DNA from: Phoronis australis | Lineage: Eukaryota > Animalia > Phoronida | DNA length: 64,000 nucleotides | Direction: 5' to 3' | Assembly (NCBI GenBank): GCA_002633005.1 | Contig: NMRA01000527.1 | Location: 238,712 to 302,711, forward strand | Part shown: in pieces, positions 28,901 to 39,886 of the stretch | How positions within the stretch are numbered: position 1 is the first letter of the stretch | How the letters are laid out: each line of letters begins with the position of its first letter | Program-made: the position numbers and the translations under genes | Notes under the pieces: generated by a model | Databases searched by the model: none | What the model was told of the DNA's origin: nothing | Seen by the model: only the letters and a program-made list of their open reading frames with translations

Positions 28901-31900
28901 TAATAAAATAATGCCAACAATTGTCCCCAACTCATGGCGGTAGCCACTCAGCCACCAACTCAATCCACCGTTAATTCTGCCTGAACATCCTTTCTAAAAC
29001 CTATTGGTCTATTTACACCAACTTCTAGCCTTAGGTACGATGTTTCAGTAGGTAATGTCTACGGCTAACTTCAGGTGTTCATAGAAAGTAGATCAGTAGA
29101 TTTACATTGGTACGATGTTTCAGTAGGTAATGTCTATGGCTAACTTCAGGTGTTCATAGAAAGTAGACCAGAAGATTTACATTGGTACGATGTTTCAGTA
29201 GGTAATGTCTACGGCTAACTTCGGGTGTTCATAGAAAGTAGACCAGAAGATTTACATTGGTACCACGTTTCAGTAGGTAATGCTTACGGCTAACTTCGGG
29301 TGTTCATAGAAAGTAGACCAGTAGATTTACATTGGTACGATGTTTCAGTAGGTAATGTCTACGTCTAACTTCAGGTGTTCATAGAAAGTAGATCAGTAGA
29401 TTTTAGACATGATGTTACCACATCAACACCTCAAAGCAGTTTTAGGACGACAAACTGCTTTATGCTGACAATATCTCTCAAGGTCAAATGCATACTTGAG
29501 GAGACACGCAACTCAACTTTCTATTTTCAGCTCATTTTTTAATATAAGGGTATTCCCAGTTTAGTATCCAATGAAACTGACGACATTTGAACTTGCATAA
29601 GTGTCACATGTTACTGCTATCACCAGTTGATTATATCCTTCTGTATAATATTTTCCTTCTTGGAACAGGCCAGAAAAGTATTCTTACATGTTTGGTAGTA
29701 GGAAACCTGGGAAGACGAAAGCAACTCAACCTCAACCAGAATCTGACACAACTCTTTCAAACAGATGGTATGCAGAACTGCACAACACCGAGACCAGTCC
29801 TGAGAACATTAAAAATTTAGAGAGACTTGCGAACACCCCACATTTGTGACCTATCAGCCAGGCTGTGACATATGACTAATATGCCAGGAAACTGAGTTGG
29901 GAAGAATGAAATTTTTCAAGATTTTTCGAATAAGCACAAAAAGTGAAAAAGTGACATGTAAGTTTCATGTTAAATGTCAAAGCAATTCCACCATTCGGCT
30001 AAGATCTAGGGCCACATTGAATTTTCCATGTGATCGACCATGTTGCCTCAGGGCTGTTCCAGCAAAATCTGTATGGAAGGGGGGACGGCAGCTGGAATAA
30101 AAATTCATGGGTAGTGGTCTTCAGAAAAAAACTCAAATTATGGGTGGTCCTTCTTGTAAGAAGTAAGGCATTAAAACTGGGTGGTATTTTTTGACCTGTA
30201 CATGTTGACAGGTGGGTATTTACAGTCAAACATAGCTCGAAAGAAATCAAAACATCAAAACTCATTAAAAAAATTCATATCCCATAACAAAGAAACAAAC
30301 CCATGTTGCTATTGTACTGAGAGCAATATGAACACTATGCCATTAAAGGAGAATGGCACCCGATTTAATTAGTCTTTTTTACCATCTTAATCGGTCTATA
30401 TCCACATCGCCTCTTATACGGTCGACCTCACCTTGCCGAGAGGTGTCGCGTTAACCCACGAAGAAGGTGAGAAATGACACAGCGACGTCAGTGGTTCGTC
30501 TGCAGAGTGAATGCCGCTATATTGCGGTGCATCGTTCTCGCTTGTCCGAACTATGAAGCTGTGAAGAAAGCGGGTGTATCGCTTTTCGACTTCCTCGAGA
30601 GCTCGAAATGCTTAGGAAGTGGCTCACGGTAGTGAAGAACGAAAGGTACACTGTTAATAGCAAATATGAGGCCGTGAAACATCTCCGTGTCTGTGGCCGG
30701 CATTTCGTCGACAGTGATTTCCCTGACGAATTCCGGCTTACCAAAGAACTATCCATATGTTCCGTTGCCTGTGCATGTTCACGGCGCCTCTCCAGTATTT
30801 CTTGGTCAGTGTATTCCGGTTCGAACTGATAGCCTTTGAAATCTAACAATCTGACCCGTGAAGTCTTTGTCTGATGAGCTCTTGACTAAGTCTGGATTGG
30901 CGCCGGGCGAGTTGCCATGTAGACGTCGCTGTCAGGATCTCAGTCTTTCGACAATAACTAAGAACGAATGTTTGTTTAGCACGCAACTCGGCCAAATGCG
31001 AGACTTGTATGCACGTTAGAACCGTTTTTAACTGCTGCACTATTTTTACTACAGTTCCCTTTTAATGCTCCAGACATATGCTTACGCTGTCACGGGGATT
31101 GAGCTAGTTTAATTTAAAGTATGGTGGTCAGGGTTAAAGCAGTTAATATATTAATTGCCAAATCCATAGTGGCATGTACATTGTGGGACACCAGTTATTA
31201 AACCAACCTTAGACAACACTTCTCCCTGTTGTTCACCCTTCACAGATTCGGACTGAACCAGATAGGTCCTGCCTATGGTTGCCAGAGCACGCTGCTCTTC
31301 CGTCAGGTCATTACACTGTCTGGCCAACACCAGGTGGCGTGTCTGATGTCTCAAGGCATCATCAAATCGTTCCATTTGACAGTAGCACTCCCCAATCTTC
31401 CTCTCAGCGATGGCTGTACCCAGTGTGTCCTGAAGGGCCTCGCTGAGACCCAACTCAGTCCTGTGCTCTGACAGAGCATCCTCATGTCGTCCTGGAGAGA
31501 AAGAACATAAGAGTGTTCTCTAAAATTGTTTTTACATGGGGAAACAGTTGTCACGGTACGGGTTGTCACGGCACAACTTGCTCCACTTAAGTCGCATTTA
31601 CACGACAGTAGATCACAAAAAGTATCAGCATAAGTCACTTACACAAAGACTGTCTGCACATGCTCGCATAAACAATAGCGAATGTCCACACCACGTGGAA
31701 TGCTAGCGGATCACCCACATTTTGGTTATTGCACAAGCGCAACATAGATGTTCCCTTCTGCCTTGTCCCAGTTTGTGTTTAGACGTGTAGTTGAAACTGG
31801 AACAACTGAACAAGTGCAACTTGCACTACCTCTCAAATCGGTGTCAAAAATGCGTCGTTAACTTGCCACGTGTCAGTCATATTTACAAACACTTGTGCCG

Positions 31901-33812
31901 GATCATGTTAGTTGCTCTGTGACAACTGTCTCCCGTGAAAATGCGGTTTAAAGGGCAGTTTTGATGATGTCACAGACTTGGTCAACGCACTACCTCTAAG
32001 AGCCACCACAGACTAGGTCGACGCACTACCTCTAAGGCCGACCGCAGACGGAGAGCTATGAGACGAGCTGCTAGCCTTGAGTGAACACAAACTGAGCGAA
32101 AAGCTCACTTCAAGGCATGGAAATATAACAATTGTATGAACTAGACACTAGTTGATTCAATTGTATGAACTAGACACTAGTTGATTCAATTGTATGAACC
32201 AGACACTAGTTGATTCAACTGCATGAACTAGACACTAGTTGATTCAATTGTATGAACTAGACACTAGTTGATTCAATTGTATGAACTAGACACTAGTTGA
32301 TTCAATTGTATGAACTAGACACTAGTTGATTCAATTGTATGAACTAGACACTAGTTGATTCAATTGTATGAACCAGACACTAGTTGATTCAATTGCCCTC
32401 TACCTGAAGGGAGCTGTCAGCTCAGCCATCATTCATTTGCCAGCTCAGCTCTTTGTTCTCCCATCTTCAGTGGCTCTAAAGTATTACCATAACTTGAATA
32501 TACCTTATATTTAGTACAAGAAAACCACACAAAACAATTGTACTTTGTCGTACAACCTGTAGCTATACCAGGGCCTGGTCTCCAATCTCTGTACTCAAGA
32601 CTCATACTCATACTCGAGATTTCATACTTTACTTCTTGAGTTCCTCATCTCCCGAAAATGTCTTTGTAACAGCTTATCACATCAAAGAACCCGTTCTCTC
32701 TTGCTAATTTAATCTCGACGTAGAACCCATTGCTGTGTAGGCGTACGCTGATGTCAAAATTTTGATACTGTATCTTCGTATTTTACCGGGATGTATCAAG
32801 TTAGCTGACATTTGGCGCGTGAGTTAAAAAACACTACATACAGGCATTCAGAGTTCATCAGTGAACGGGACGAGACGTCTACGGTACTTATAAATCGGCT
32901 AACAAAATTTGGAATGCCATTCAGGGATTGAGGAATTATAGATGACTAAACTATGATGTGAAATGTACCTGACAGGGAAGCAAACTGTTTTTAACTTTCC
33001 TAGCCTCCTCGTCTTTTGGAAACCCTACAAACCGTAGGCACACCTACTGAAATAAGGGCAGCACAAACTTCTCACACGACTTTCCCCACAACTGCTTTCG
33101 ACACATGTAACGACTTGCCGACAAACGGGATTAGAATGCGCCTGTTGCCAGGAATCGGAGTTTATGAATTGGCGGTGATGACATGCAGTGACTCAGACGG
33201 AAGGTCAATAAAGTGAAGAATAAGAAGATTTAAGATGAAAACTATTATCTCTGAACTGAAATTAAAGCGCTGAAATGTGGTAAGAGGACTTATTTTTGTT
33301 CTCTCGCTCATATTTATTTTCGAGTACGATTTCAAGCACACTGCCTGACCAAACTTGAAATCTGGAGCATACACTCCGAATTTTACTCAAAATCGTACTC
33401 GAAATATAGATGAGTTACGCTTAAGTTCGAGTATACTCGAAAATTGAGTATGTGCTCGAAATTTCGAGTACAGATTTTTTGAGTTTGACATTGAATACAC
33501 CAAAGCTGAGTCTGTACTCGAGTTGAGTATGAAGTGCGAGTTTGAGTATGATTCGAGTCTGAGTACGGAGATTGGAGACCGGGCCCAGATTTGTTACTAC
33601 CACAGGTGTTTCATTCTTGTTTTACCTCAATTGCTCTCGAAAAAATAAGAATAGACCACTAAACAAAAATCACCAAGTCATGTTTTGTACATCACTCCAT
33701 ATTATCATCAACTCACCATGCCTTGTATACAGCTCCCCAATAACATTGCATACAAGAGCCACCTCCTTCAAGTCATTTTTATTCTCAGCTTTCCTTTTGT
33801 CTTTCCGCAATC
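7942..33812 (-). CDS. TONSL: Tonsoku-like DNA repair protein (TPR - acidic - ankyrin - UBL-like - LRR), multi-exon
   Basis: Hand-spliced exons with consistent phases, 5'->3': 33812-33717, 31491-31208, 28715-28537, 27859-27688, 27118-27004, 26234-26089, 25834-25682, 24885-24760, 22111-21913, 21646-21579, 21129-21049, 20564-20328, 20010-19893, 19414-19309, 18397-18299, 17659-17075, 15567-15414, 14880-14652, 14287-14133, 12730-12559, 9689-9523, 8977-8904, 8293-7942 (stop). Peptides: TPRs ([13 protein letters not shown]; [11 protein letters not shown]; [13 protein letters not shown]), ankyrins ([15 protein letters not shown]; [21 protein letters not shown]; [13 protein letters not shown]), DDWLIDDM motif, UBL-like [24 protein letters not shown], LRRs (LDVSCNNIT; LDLSFNPLG; ILSGNPRL). 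This is the TONSL domain order. Confidence 0.95.
10010..12493. mobile_element. Non-autonomous Tc1/mariner (pogo-type) DNA transposon, about 2.5 kb, in a TONSL intron
   Basis: Perfect TIR CCGTAATCGTTCGGGTTAACGCCC at 10010 and its reverse complement ending at 12493; TA on both flanks; many subterminal TTAA(C/G)CGCCCA repeats at both ends; no transposase-length ORF. Confidence 0.9.
10233..10562 (+). repeat. 164-bp near-perfect tandem duplication inside the transposon
   Basis: gatgatgatcacaacgagcgc begins at 10237 and again at 10401. This explains the repeated peptides in ORFs 10198 and 10368. Confidence 0.9.
13550..14012. repeat. Highly degenerate minisatellite, roughly 22-28 bp unit (consensus near CCCAAGCTGGYYATGGGAGTAC)
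   Basis: Recurrent aagctgg/agctgg...(t)gggagt/ggaagta..ccc motifs through the interval. Confidence 0.65.
15040..15262. repeat. Degenerate tandem repeat of about 39-43 bp, about 6 copies
   Basis: ttagcgattacttttgttacaaa...gtcactttcta(t/a)gg recurs. Confidence 0.8.
18830..19145. mobile_element. Interspersed repeat, unclassified; second copy inverted at about 44262-44690
   Basis: ttccttattataccataaa...ttttcacactaaacacaatggaggatga here is the reverse complement of tcatcctccattgtgtttagtgtgaaaa...tttatggtataataaggaa at 44266-44343 (also 42834-42910). Confidence 0.75.
22171..22681. mobile_element. hAT-like MITE, 511 bp, with apparent 6-bp TSD
   Basis: TIR CAGGGCTTGGAAT ... ATTCCAAGCCCTG; AGTCAC immediately flanks both ends; subterminal GCGGAA repeats. 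Related partial copies near 40892-41105 and 56675-56900. Confidence 0.8.
23236..24692 (-). mobile_element. Interspersed DNA-transposon-like repeat
   Basis: About 23560-24272 is the reverse complement of about 59958-60525; about 24280-24550 is homologous (inverted) to about 10237-10700 inside the mariner-type element; subterminal agttcgtacac/agttcatacac repeats at both ends. Exact termini uncertain. Confidence 0.7.
29034..29403. repeat. 75-bp minisatellite, about 5 copies
   Basis: ggtacgatgtttcagtaggtaatgtctacggctaacttcaggtgttcatagaaagtaga... starts at 29034, 29109, 29184, 29259 and 29334. Confidence 0.95.
30051..30220. mobile_element. Truncated copy of the PIF/Harbinger MITE seen at 57293-57859
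   Basis: gggctgttccagcaaaatctgtatggaaggg and repeated atgggtggt motifs match the left end of that element. Confidence 0.7.
30347..31061. mobile_element. Internally deleted Kolobok-type DNA transposon (THAP start on plus, KolX-like start on minus)
   Basis: TTAA at 30343-30346 and 31062-31065 with imperfect purine-initial ends (AGGAGAA / AAGGGAA). Plus strand, with frameshifts: [10 protein letters not shown]...[18 protein letters not shown]...[14 protein letters not shown], a THAP C2CH zinc finger. Minus strand: [17 protein letters not shown], resembling the N-terminus of the Kolobok accessory KolX (P2X7-tail-like) protein. Confidence 0.7.
32129..32396. repeat. 29-bp tandem repeat, about 9 near-identical copies
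   Basis: Unit caattgtatgaactagacactagttgatt, head to tail, no spacers. Confidence 0.95.
32569..33588. mobile_element. Non-autonomous TIR element, about 1 kb, hAT-like termini
   Basis: CAGGGCCTGGTCTCCAATCTC.GTACTCA at left versus TGAGTACGGAGATTGGAGACCGGGCCCAG at right; tactc/gagta subterminal repeats; no TSD recognisable. Confidence 0.75.
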
Positions 33813-34854
33813 CTGCAACGTAAGTAAATTTTAAGCGCTACGTTACGTCTACAATGACCCCTTTGTATACAAAAGTAAACTAAAATTCCACCAGCCTCCC
33901 ACAAGCTCACACAAACACAGCATGAAAAATCGCTTATAATTCACTGTGTGTTGAGCTAAACAAATTGTCACACCCATAGCCAGCTACTGCACCGGGTATG
34001 TCCAAAACTGTGGTTAACAGGCCTACCAACCAATCACATCAAAGATTCTTCAGACCGTTAAGCCATAGCTTCCATAGGTGGATGCTTGAGCAGATCTCGG
34101 CTACCGGTATGGTGTGCATTTGCACCCGTCACACCCCCTTGGCTAGTGGCATGATAGTACACTAGATTTACATGAACGAGGCTTCAGCAGACACGCTGAT
34201 GTTCCTGAATCAGATTTCTAGAAGTAGTATGATGACGCTCCCAATTTCACTATAGCACAACTTGCTCATCTGTCATCATCCCATGTGTATGGCAATCCGA
34301 AGAATTTGTTCAGGGATGTAGATGAGAACATCCCCGATTTGCATCGATTATAAACATGATACAATGGATGATTGGACCATAATGCAATTTCAGCGTGGTA
34401 GACTATCCTAAGTAGCCAACACATCAGCCAAAGTTTTAAATTTGTCGCCGTTGAATTTAAACCCGACGAAAGGTAACTAAACCTTACGCGCCAAACTCGT
34501 TAGTGCATCAAGCCAAAACTGGCAGTGGAGAACATTGGCATGGTCAAAATCTCTGAGTGCATCACAATTCTCAACCAACACATCTCACTAGTTCACCAGT
34601 ACAGTCCAACAGATGTAATTATCATGTTTTTCAATAAGCAATTACATGGCCCTGGATGCTGCAGGCATACAGGGGCAAAAGTACATCCCCACAAAAAGTT
34701 ATTTCAAAATATAGAAAATAAAATCAAATGAAACATGCATATACATGCACATGGAGTTATAATTAACACTTGCCATAAGACTGGAGATGATTCAGTCAAG
34801 ATAATTTGAACAAATCGATGAAAATCTGTCGCGGTTTGCTCGAGTTTCTATTAC

Positions 34855-34864
34855 CGGGTGCCAT
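34855..34864 (-). CDS. TONSL: Candidate TONSL first coding micro-exon (ATG GCA CCC G | gtaata)
   Basis: Exon 33812-33717 needs a phase-1 upstream partner carrying the start codon. This ATG (context caaaATGg) is followed after 10 nt by a GT donor in phase 1, giving [11 protein letters not shown]. The donor is weak and alternatives are not excluded. Confidence 0.4.
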
Positions 34865-35160
34865 TTTGAGGAAGTTATGTGAAATCACGGCGCATGTGGA
34901 TAAATAAAAAGTCTAAGGGACACCTTCCCATGCTGTTTTGAAAGTGTCACGCATCACGTCTCGCTTCGCTCAGTCTCGTGCTAGCCTTTGCCAAACTCAC
35001 GTGACTCAGTTGAAATACTTTGTGGTTATCGCAGGCTTGGTGAAGAAGTGAACGGTGACCAAAAAAGTGCACTTAGAATTCTTCGTCAAAGTCACCTTAA
35101 TTCTCGTAATTAAACATCATCAAAGATATGTGTAGAAGTAGAAAGGACCACTGAAGAAAG
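34865..35160. promoter_or_regulatory. Probable bidirectional promoter TONSL / BBS10 with candidate BBS10 5'UTR exon
   Basis: CpG-richer patch between divergent genes. YY1-like CAAAATGGC on the minus strand at about 34860-34868; E-box CACGTG at 34998-35003; plus-strand donor-like AA|GTAGGC at 35160 that could splice to the acceptor at 37252. Confidence 0.5.
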
Positions 35161-37257
35161 TAGGCACTTTTTTAAGTGATAGTTTTAACTGTGGAATGCA
35201 TTTTTGACGAGGTGAAAACTCTTAATCGGTGACCTGATTTAGCCTACCACCCATTCAAAATACACGGGACAAAAAAGAAAGCGATGGGAAGTATTATCCC
35301 TAACCGGTCAACCTAGAGGCTACGTGTTGGTCGTGTTGCCTATAGTTTATCAATTGATACAAACATGATGTAGGACTGTGGAATGTTCGATTTAAGTCGA
35401 AGAAAATAAGTTCTTATAGTTCAACACAACACAGCACAACTTTGCTGTCAAAACATAAAAGTTGGCTTAGCCTAGCTTCATGAAGACTACCGAATATTTA
35501 GAATACAGCTTTCCACCAAAGTCCAAGGCAAAGACTTGACTGAGCAGTCGACTGTTGATTGGCCCAGATTGGGGTATTGCAAGAATGAAATCAAAACTGA
35601 AATATTCAGACTTCCGAGCTGTGCTGGTTTAATCAAAACCACAGAATCTTATATTCAATGAAGGGTCGTTCAATAAAATTTTTCAACGAACTCACTTTCT
35701 AATTCTTTCGCGAGATTTTCGCTCATTTTGGTTAACTAATGCATTTATTGTAAAGTTTTCACATCTTCATCCTTCGCGCCCCACGACCCTGAACGCATGC
35801 GCAATGACTAGTTTCCGTAAAGTGAAATGTTTCTATTTTTTTCTCTTTATTACATATCAAAGCCAAACATAGATCAATGTATACAACATAAATAGTTTAT
35901 TTATTTCAAAAAGCTTATAAAATTGTTTGAAAATGTCTATAATACAATGAAAATGGTATATTCTGAAATCAAGGTTAGAGAGTTTATTATTTGTTTAAAC
36001 ATGTCTGCGCCCAGGTGTTTGTTGTTGGTGTTTCCTTTATTTTCTGAAAAGTCTGTTGACTCAATGATCATTGGAAATCGAAGTCACTGTTGTCATGAGA
36101 GAAAATTGAAAGACAGGTACAGTGTCGTTTTAAGTTTAAATTATTTAAGAAAACACTTTTGTAAGTTGAATTCTGAAACTTTTAACTGCTCTATCAGACT
36201 CGGTTCTACGCCGCAACTTGAATTTGAGAGACTCGACTCCAGTAAGTCACAAATTACAAACTCATTTAGCTACTGTAAACCTGTCATGCGTTGCATAGTG
36301 TTCAGAATTTCACGAAAAAGCAGCAACAAGAAAAATCATACAGCAGAGCAGCCGAATTATGCCTCACAGTGATTGAAACATCAGTCTCATTCATTGTTAT
36401 AAATACCTTTTGTGCATAAAGCCAAAGGGACACCTTAGGAGGCTGTTAATGTCTTTAATTCCCTCCAATTCCAACAAATACTCCCAATATCAAACTTTTC
36501 TTTGACTCGTCCTTTGTTCAGTCCCCAAAATTGGAAACTGGCCATTCTTACACAGCACACGCCAGGGGATGTGATGTCATACCACCTGCTGCTCGGAGGT
36601 CTCTCTATGTGTGCGAAAGGTACTTATAACAACATGACTTTAATTTTTTAATTGGTGTGAGACGTAATTTGCTGTAAAACTAACGGCGTATGAAGCGCCT
36701 ATAAGAGTTTCACCATCTGTAGTTCAACCAGACGATGGTCTCTGTCTACGGCAACTGGGGAGGAGGTGGAATAGATGGCGACCGGGGGAAGGAGCAAACT
36801 GGTGGAAACTGGGGAGATAAGTCTTGTGTAATGTCAAGAATTCACGAACTGTCTGTTCTTTCTAAGGCTACAATCAAATTCGTCTGAGAAGGAAACCAGT
36901 TTTATATTTAAGGGTGGTCTGAATCTTAGATGAGAATCACGTTTAAATCGGCCAGTGTAACGGTGCGAACTCGGAGTCTGTCTAAACATTTCATGCAGAC
37001 TAACATCGCCAGACTGTTCAAGTATTACTTATTTTGTGTGCAAAGAACAGTTGAAAATGAGTACAGTAATTCGTTTTTGGCTTTGCAACCAGTATCATGG
37101 TGCCAATAGCTAGACTTTTAGTTAGTGTCTGTTAAGATGCAGTTTTCTTGACAGACATCTTGAAAGTTAAGAACTTAACTAAAAATTATCTTGACTTGTG
37201 TTATTGTTCCCTGGTAGGGATGTGCTGCAAATCAGATTTCTCTTTATTTTAGCTTCC

Positions 37258-39105
37258 ATGGCAACATCAGAAGACATTTCTCTGGACTCCCTTTTACCCG
37301 TTCTGCAAGAAATAGAGAACCTCTTCACACATTGTTTTGGGCCGAATGCACTACATAACATGATATGCACCTCTACGGGAAAGTTGATTATTTCAGCCAG
37401 TGGATGGACTACTTTAGATGCTCTTCACGAATCTCACCCATTACTTCAAGTGGTAATTGATGCGATCAGAAAACACTGCAGCCTGACAGGAGATGGATGC
37501 AAAAGTTTTATCCTTGTGTTGAATGAGTGTTTAAAATTTGTTGTGAAAGGAGCAAGGGATTACAGCCGTAGAGGGGATATGCAGAGACATCTGGTGCTCA
37601 TGTCAAGAACTTGTAATAAACTTGTACACGAGGTCTTGTATGGTTCAGTATTACTGGATCTCATGAGGCATGTGACTTGCACAAAATTGTGTCAAGAAAA
37701 CATTAGCACTATCCAGAATGTCTGCTCTGAACTTGTTCAAACATATTTTGATGGTCAGTTTCCTAAAGTCACTTCGAAATACTTGACAGATGTGCTCATC
37801 AGATTTGTGTTTGGTGCCTGCTGTGATATCTCAAGACTTGAGGAAGTCCTTCTGTTTGTTATTGACAACTTTTTCACCCTTTGCATCAAGTCTAATGGTT
37901 TACCAGTCAATAACTCTTCATTAGTTGAAGGTATTGTCATACCAAGAAGGTTTACTTTGAACTGCTTCCCAGAACAACGCTTAACCTGTGTTAAATTTGT
38001 GCTTTTGGATTGCTCACTAGAGGGCAGTGACGGTGATACCAAGGCAGTGTTTGAATGTGCGGATAGAGTTGACTTAGAGCAGACAATGACATGGAAGAAA
38101 AGATATGCTGATAAAATAATGCAAGAGTTTTCATCTCAAGGTGTCAACCTTATTCTTTCAAGTTATATGATACCAGATTACGTCCTATCCGTGGTTAGAA
38201 TCTTTGGGATTAGCGTTATACATGCCCTTGCCAAAGAGGATTTGGATTATATATCACTCATTACAAATACATGCATAATGGACAATCCTACAGGTTCCTG
38301 TCTTAATGTTGGTGAAGCTGAATCCTGTGAACCCACTGTTTTGGGAAACACGTCCTGCGTGTGTATGAAAATTGCTCATTTGAGTTTTATGACACCAAGA
38401 CATCTGGTCATTTGTGGTCCCACTGAAGGAATTTGTCAGCAGTATTGTCACAGTGTTCTGTGTGCTGTCAAGTGTCTTCGGATGTGGTTGTTCACGAACA
38501 ATGTGAAAAGCGAATTTCATCAACATGTTGAGAAAAATCTACACGAGAAGAACTGTGATAGTGATTTCGCAGAAGAGAAATCACACTCATCTTGTTTGGA
38601 CACTCGGTGTAATTCTAGTCAAACTTCTGCTCTTGATGGAAAAGAGTGTTCAGTGCAAAGAGGAGTACATGACGACGGGAAAGAAAAGTTTGGGTTGTCA
38701 ATAACAGGGGGAGCAACATTTGAATTGTTGATTTACAAGTACCTGACTGAGTTCATGACAGTGTGCAGTGACGATAGCATTTTACACCTGTGTCGCATGG
38801 CGACTCAAGCAATACTGTCAATTCCAAGATGTTTAGTTAATAACTCATTCCGTGAAGGGAACAAGGCTGACAGATTTGTTCACGTTCTTTGTGACATTGA
38901 GAAGAATCATGCTCAAGGGATGTCAGTGTGTCTAAATGCCAGATCAGGTAAATTAGACAACTGTCATGAATCGCACAATGTAGAATCATTTTCTGCAAAG
39001 TGGCAATTGCTGTTGAGTATTTTTCAAGTTTTGGAACAACTTCTACGAATAGATAAAATTGTTCCTGTAAAACATATGAACAAAGACGAAATGAAAAAAG
39101 AATAA
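37258..39105 (+). CDS. BBS10: Bardet-Biedl syndrome 10 protein (type II chaperonin-like), 615 aa, single coding exon
   Basis: Longest ORF in the window. First Met (MATSEDISL) lies 5 nt after a polypyrimidine/AG acceptor at 37251-37252. Chaperonin-like motifs: CFGP near the N-terminus, HPLLQVV, degenerate ATP motif GDGCKSFIL (BBS10-type rather than the CCT GDGTT), GGATFELL, AILSIPRCL, C-terminal LLRIDKIV; a low-complexity insertion follows ICGPTEG. Confidence 0.9.
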   Translation: MATSEDISLDSLLPVLQEIENLFTHCFGPNALHNMICTSTGKLIISASGWTTLDALHESHPLLQVVIDAIRKHCSLTGDGCKSFILVLNECLKFVVKGARDYSRRGDMQRHLVLMSRTCNKLVHEVLYGSVLLDLMRHVTCTKLCQENISTIQNVCSELVQTYFDGQFPKVTSKYLTDVLIRFVFGACCDISRLEEVLLFVIDNFFTLCIKSNGLPVNNSSLVEGIVIPRRFTLNCFPEQRLTCVKFVLLDCSLEGSDGDTKAVFECADRVDLEQTMTWKKRYADKIMQEFSSQGVNLILSSYMIPDYVLSVVRIFGISVIHALAKEDLDYISLITNTCIMDNPTGSCLNVGEAESCEPTVLGNTSCVCMKIAHLSFMTPRHLVICGPTEGICQQYCHSVLCAVKCLRMWLFTNNVKSEFHQHVEKNLHEKNCDSDFAEEKSHSSCLDTRCNSSQTSALDGKECSVQRGVHDDGKEKFGLSITGGATFELLIYKYLTEFMTVCSDDSILHLCRMATQAILSIPRCLVNNSFREGNKADRFVHVLCDIEKNHAQGMSVCLNARSGKLDNCHESHNVESFSAKWQLLLSIFQVLEQLLRIDKIVPVKHMNKDEMKKE

Positions 39106-39886
39106 TTTTGTTCTTTGCCGTGTACTTACTGTTTTGCTCATGTCAACTTACACATGATTTTCTGTTTACTACAAGACAAAACTATTTGATGGTGATGGAA
39201 AACCACAATTACCTAGGTAACCATTCTTCAAAGTCTTTAAGGTTGTTTAGAATCTTATCAACTGGTCTGCACTTGCATGCAAATATTTACAAGCACGTAT
39301 CTCGATAATCATACATAGTTTCCAAAAGTCGGAAAGTCTGCAGCTGAATTTAATTTTTGACTAAATACTAACCTGCCATTGATGTTTTTATCAAAAATTA
39401 ACAAAAGAAAGGTACATTCATTGTAAAAGAAAGATGTCAATAACATGACTAAAATTTCATTTAATATAAATCTTCAAGATGAAATCTCAAATTACTATTA
39501 CACCTTTCCAAATTTGTTAGCCTATCTTGTAAAAGTGGATCAATGTTTTAGAAAACAATGCATTAAGCATAGCATTTGAAAGTTCCATATCATTGAGCTG
39601 ATCAGGCATTTCTGAGATCAGGTGTTCTCTGAAGTTAAACAAATTTAAACTGTACTAAAATTTAGACTGTACTAGCACTAAGACTGTGAATTTGTAATAC
39701 TAACCCAATCAGTTCTGTGACCATTCCTTGGCTGTACAAATATTTGAGCCTATGAAATGGTAATGCTAATTCAAACACATGTTTTGGGCATTCCTTGACT
39801 GCTTCAAGTATTTGTTGCCATCAACATGTGACACTGATTCAAACAACCAATTTCTGAGCTATCTTTAACTCAACAAGTTCTTCAGT

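Noticed and set aside
29034-29403. 75-bp periodic array as CRISPR or a tRNA cluster
   Set aside because: The whole unit is repeated, with no repeat-spacer alternation, and there are no A/B boxes or cloverleaf.
32129-32396. 29-bp partly palindromic repeat as a CRISPR array
   Set aside because: Units are directly adjacent with no unique spacers, there are no cas genes, and the context is a eukaryotic intron.
35923-36372. 149-aa ORF upstream of BBS10
   Set aside because: Non-ATG start, AT-rich, no recognisable domain or exon boundaries.
37198-37257. N-terminal 20 residues of the 635-aa ORF
   Set aside because: Starts at GTG and covers a polypyrimidine tract and AG acceptor, so it is intronic. 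The first ATG is 37258.
37258-39105. BBS10 ORF as a retrocopy or horizontally acquired chaperonin
   Set aside because: It has a splice acceptor just before the ATG, and BBS10 genes are natively exon-poor. The motifs fit BBS10 rather than GroEL or CCT.
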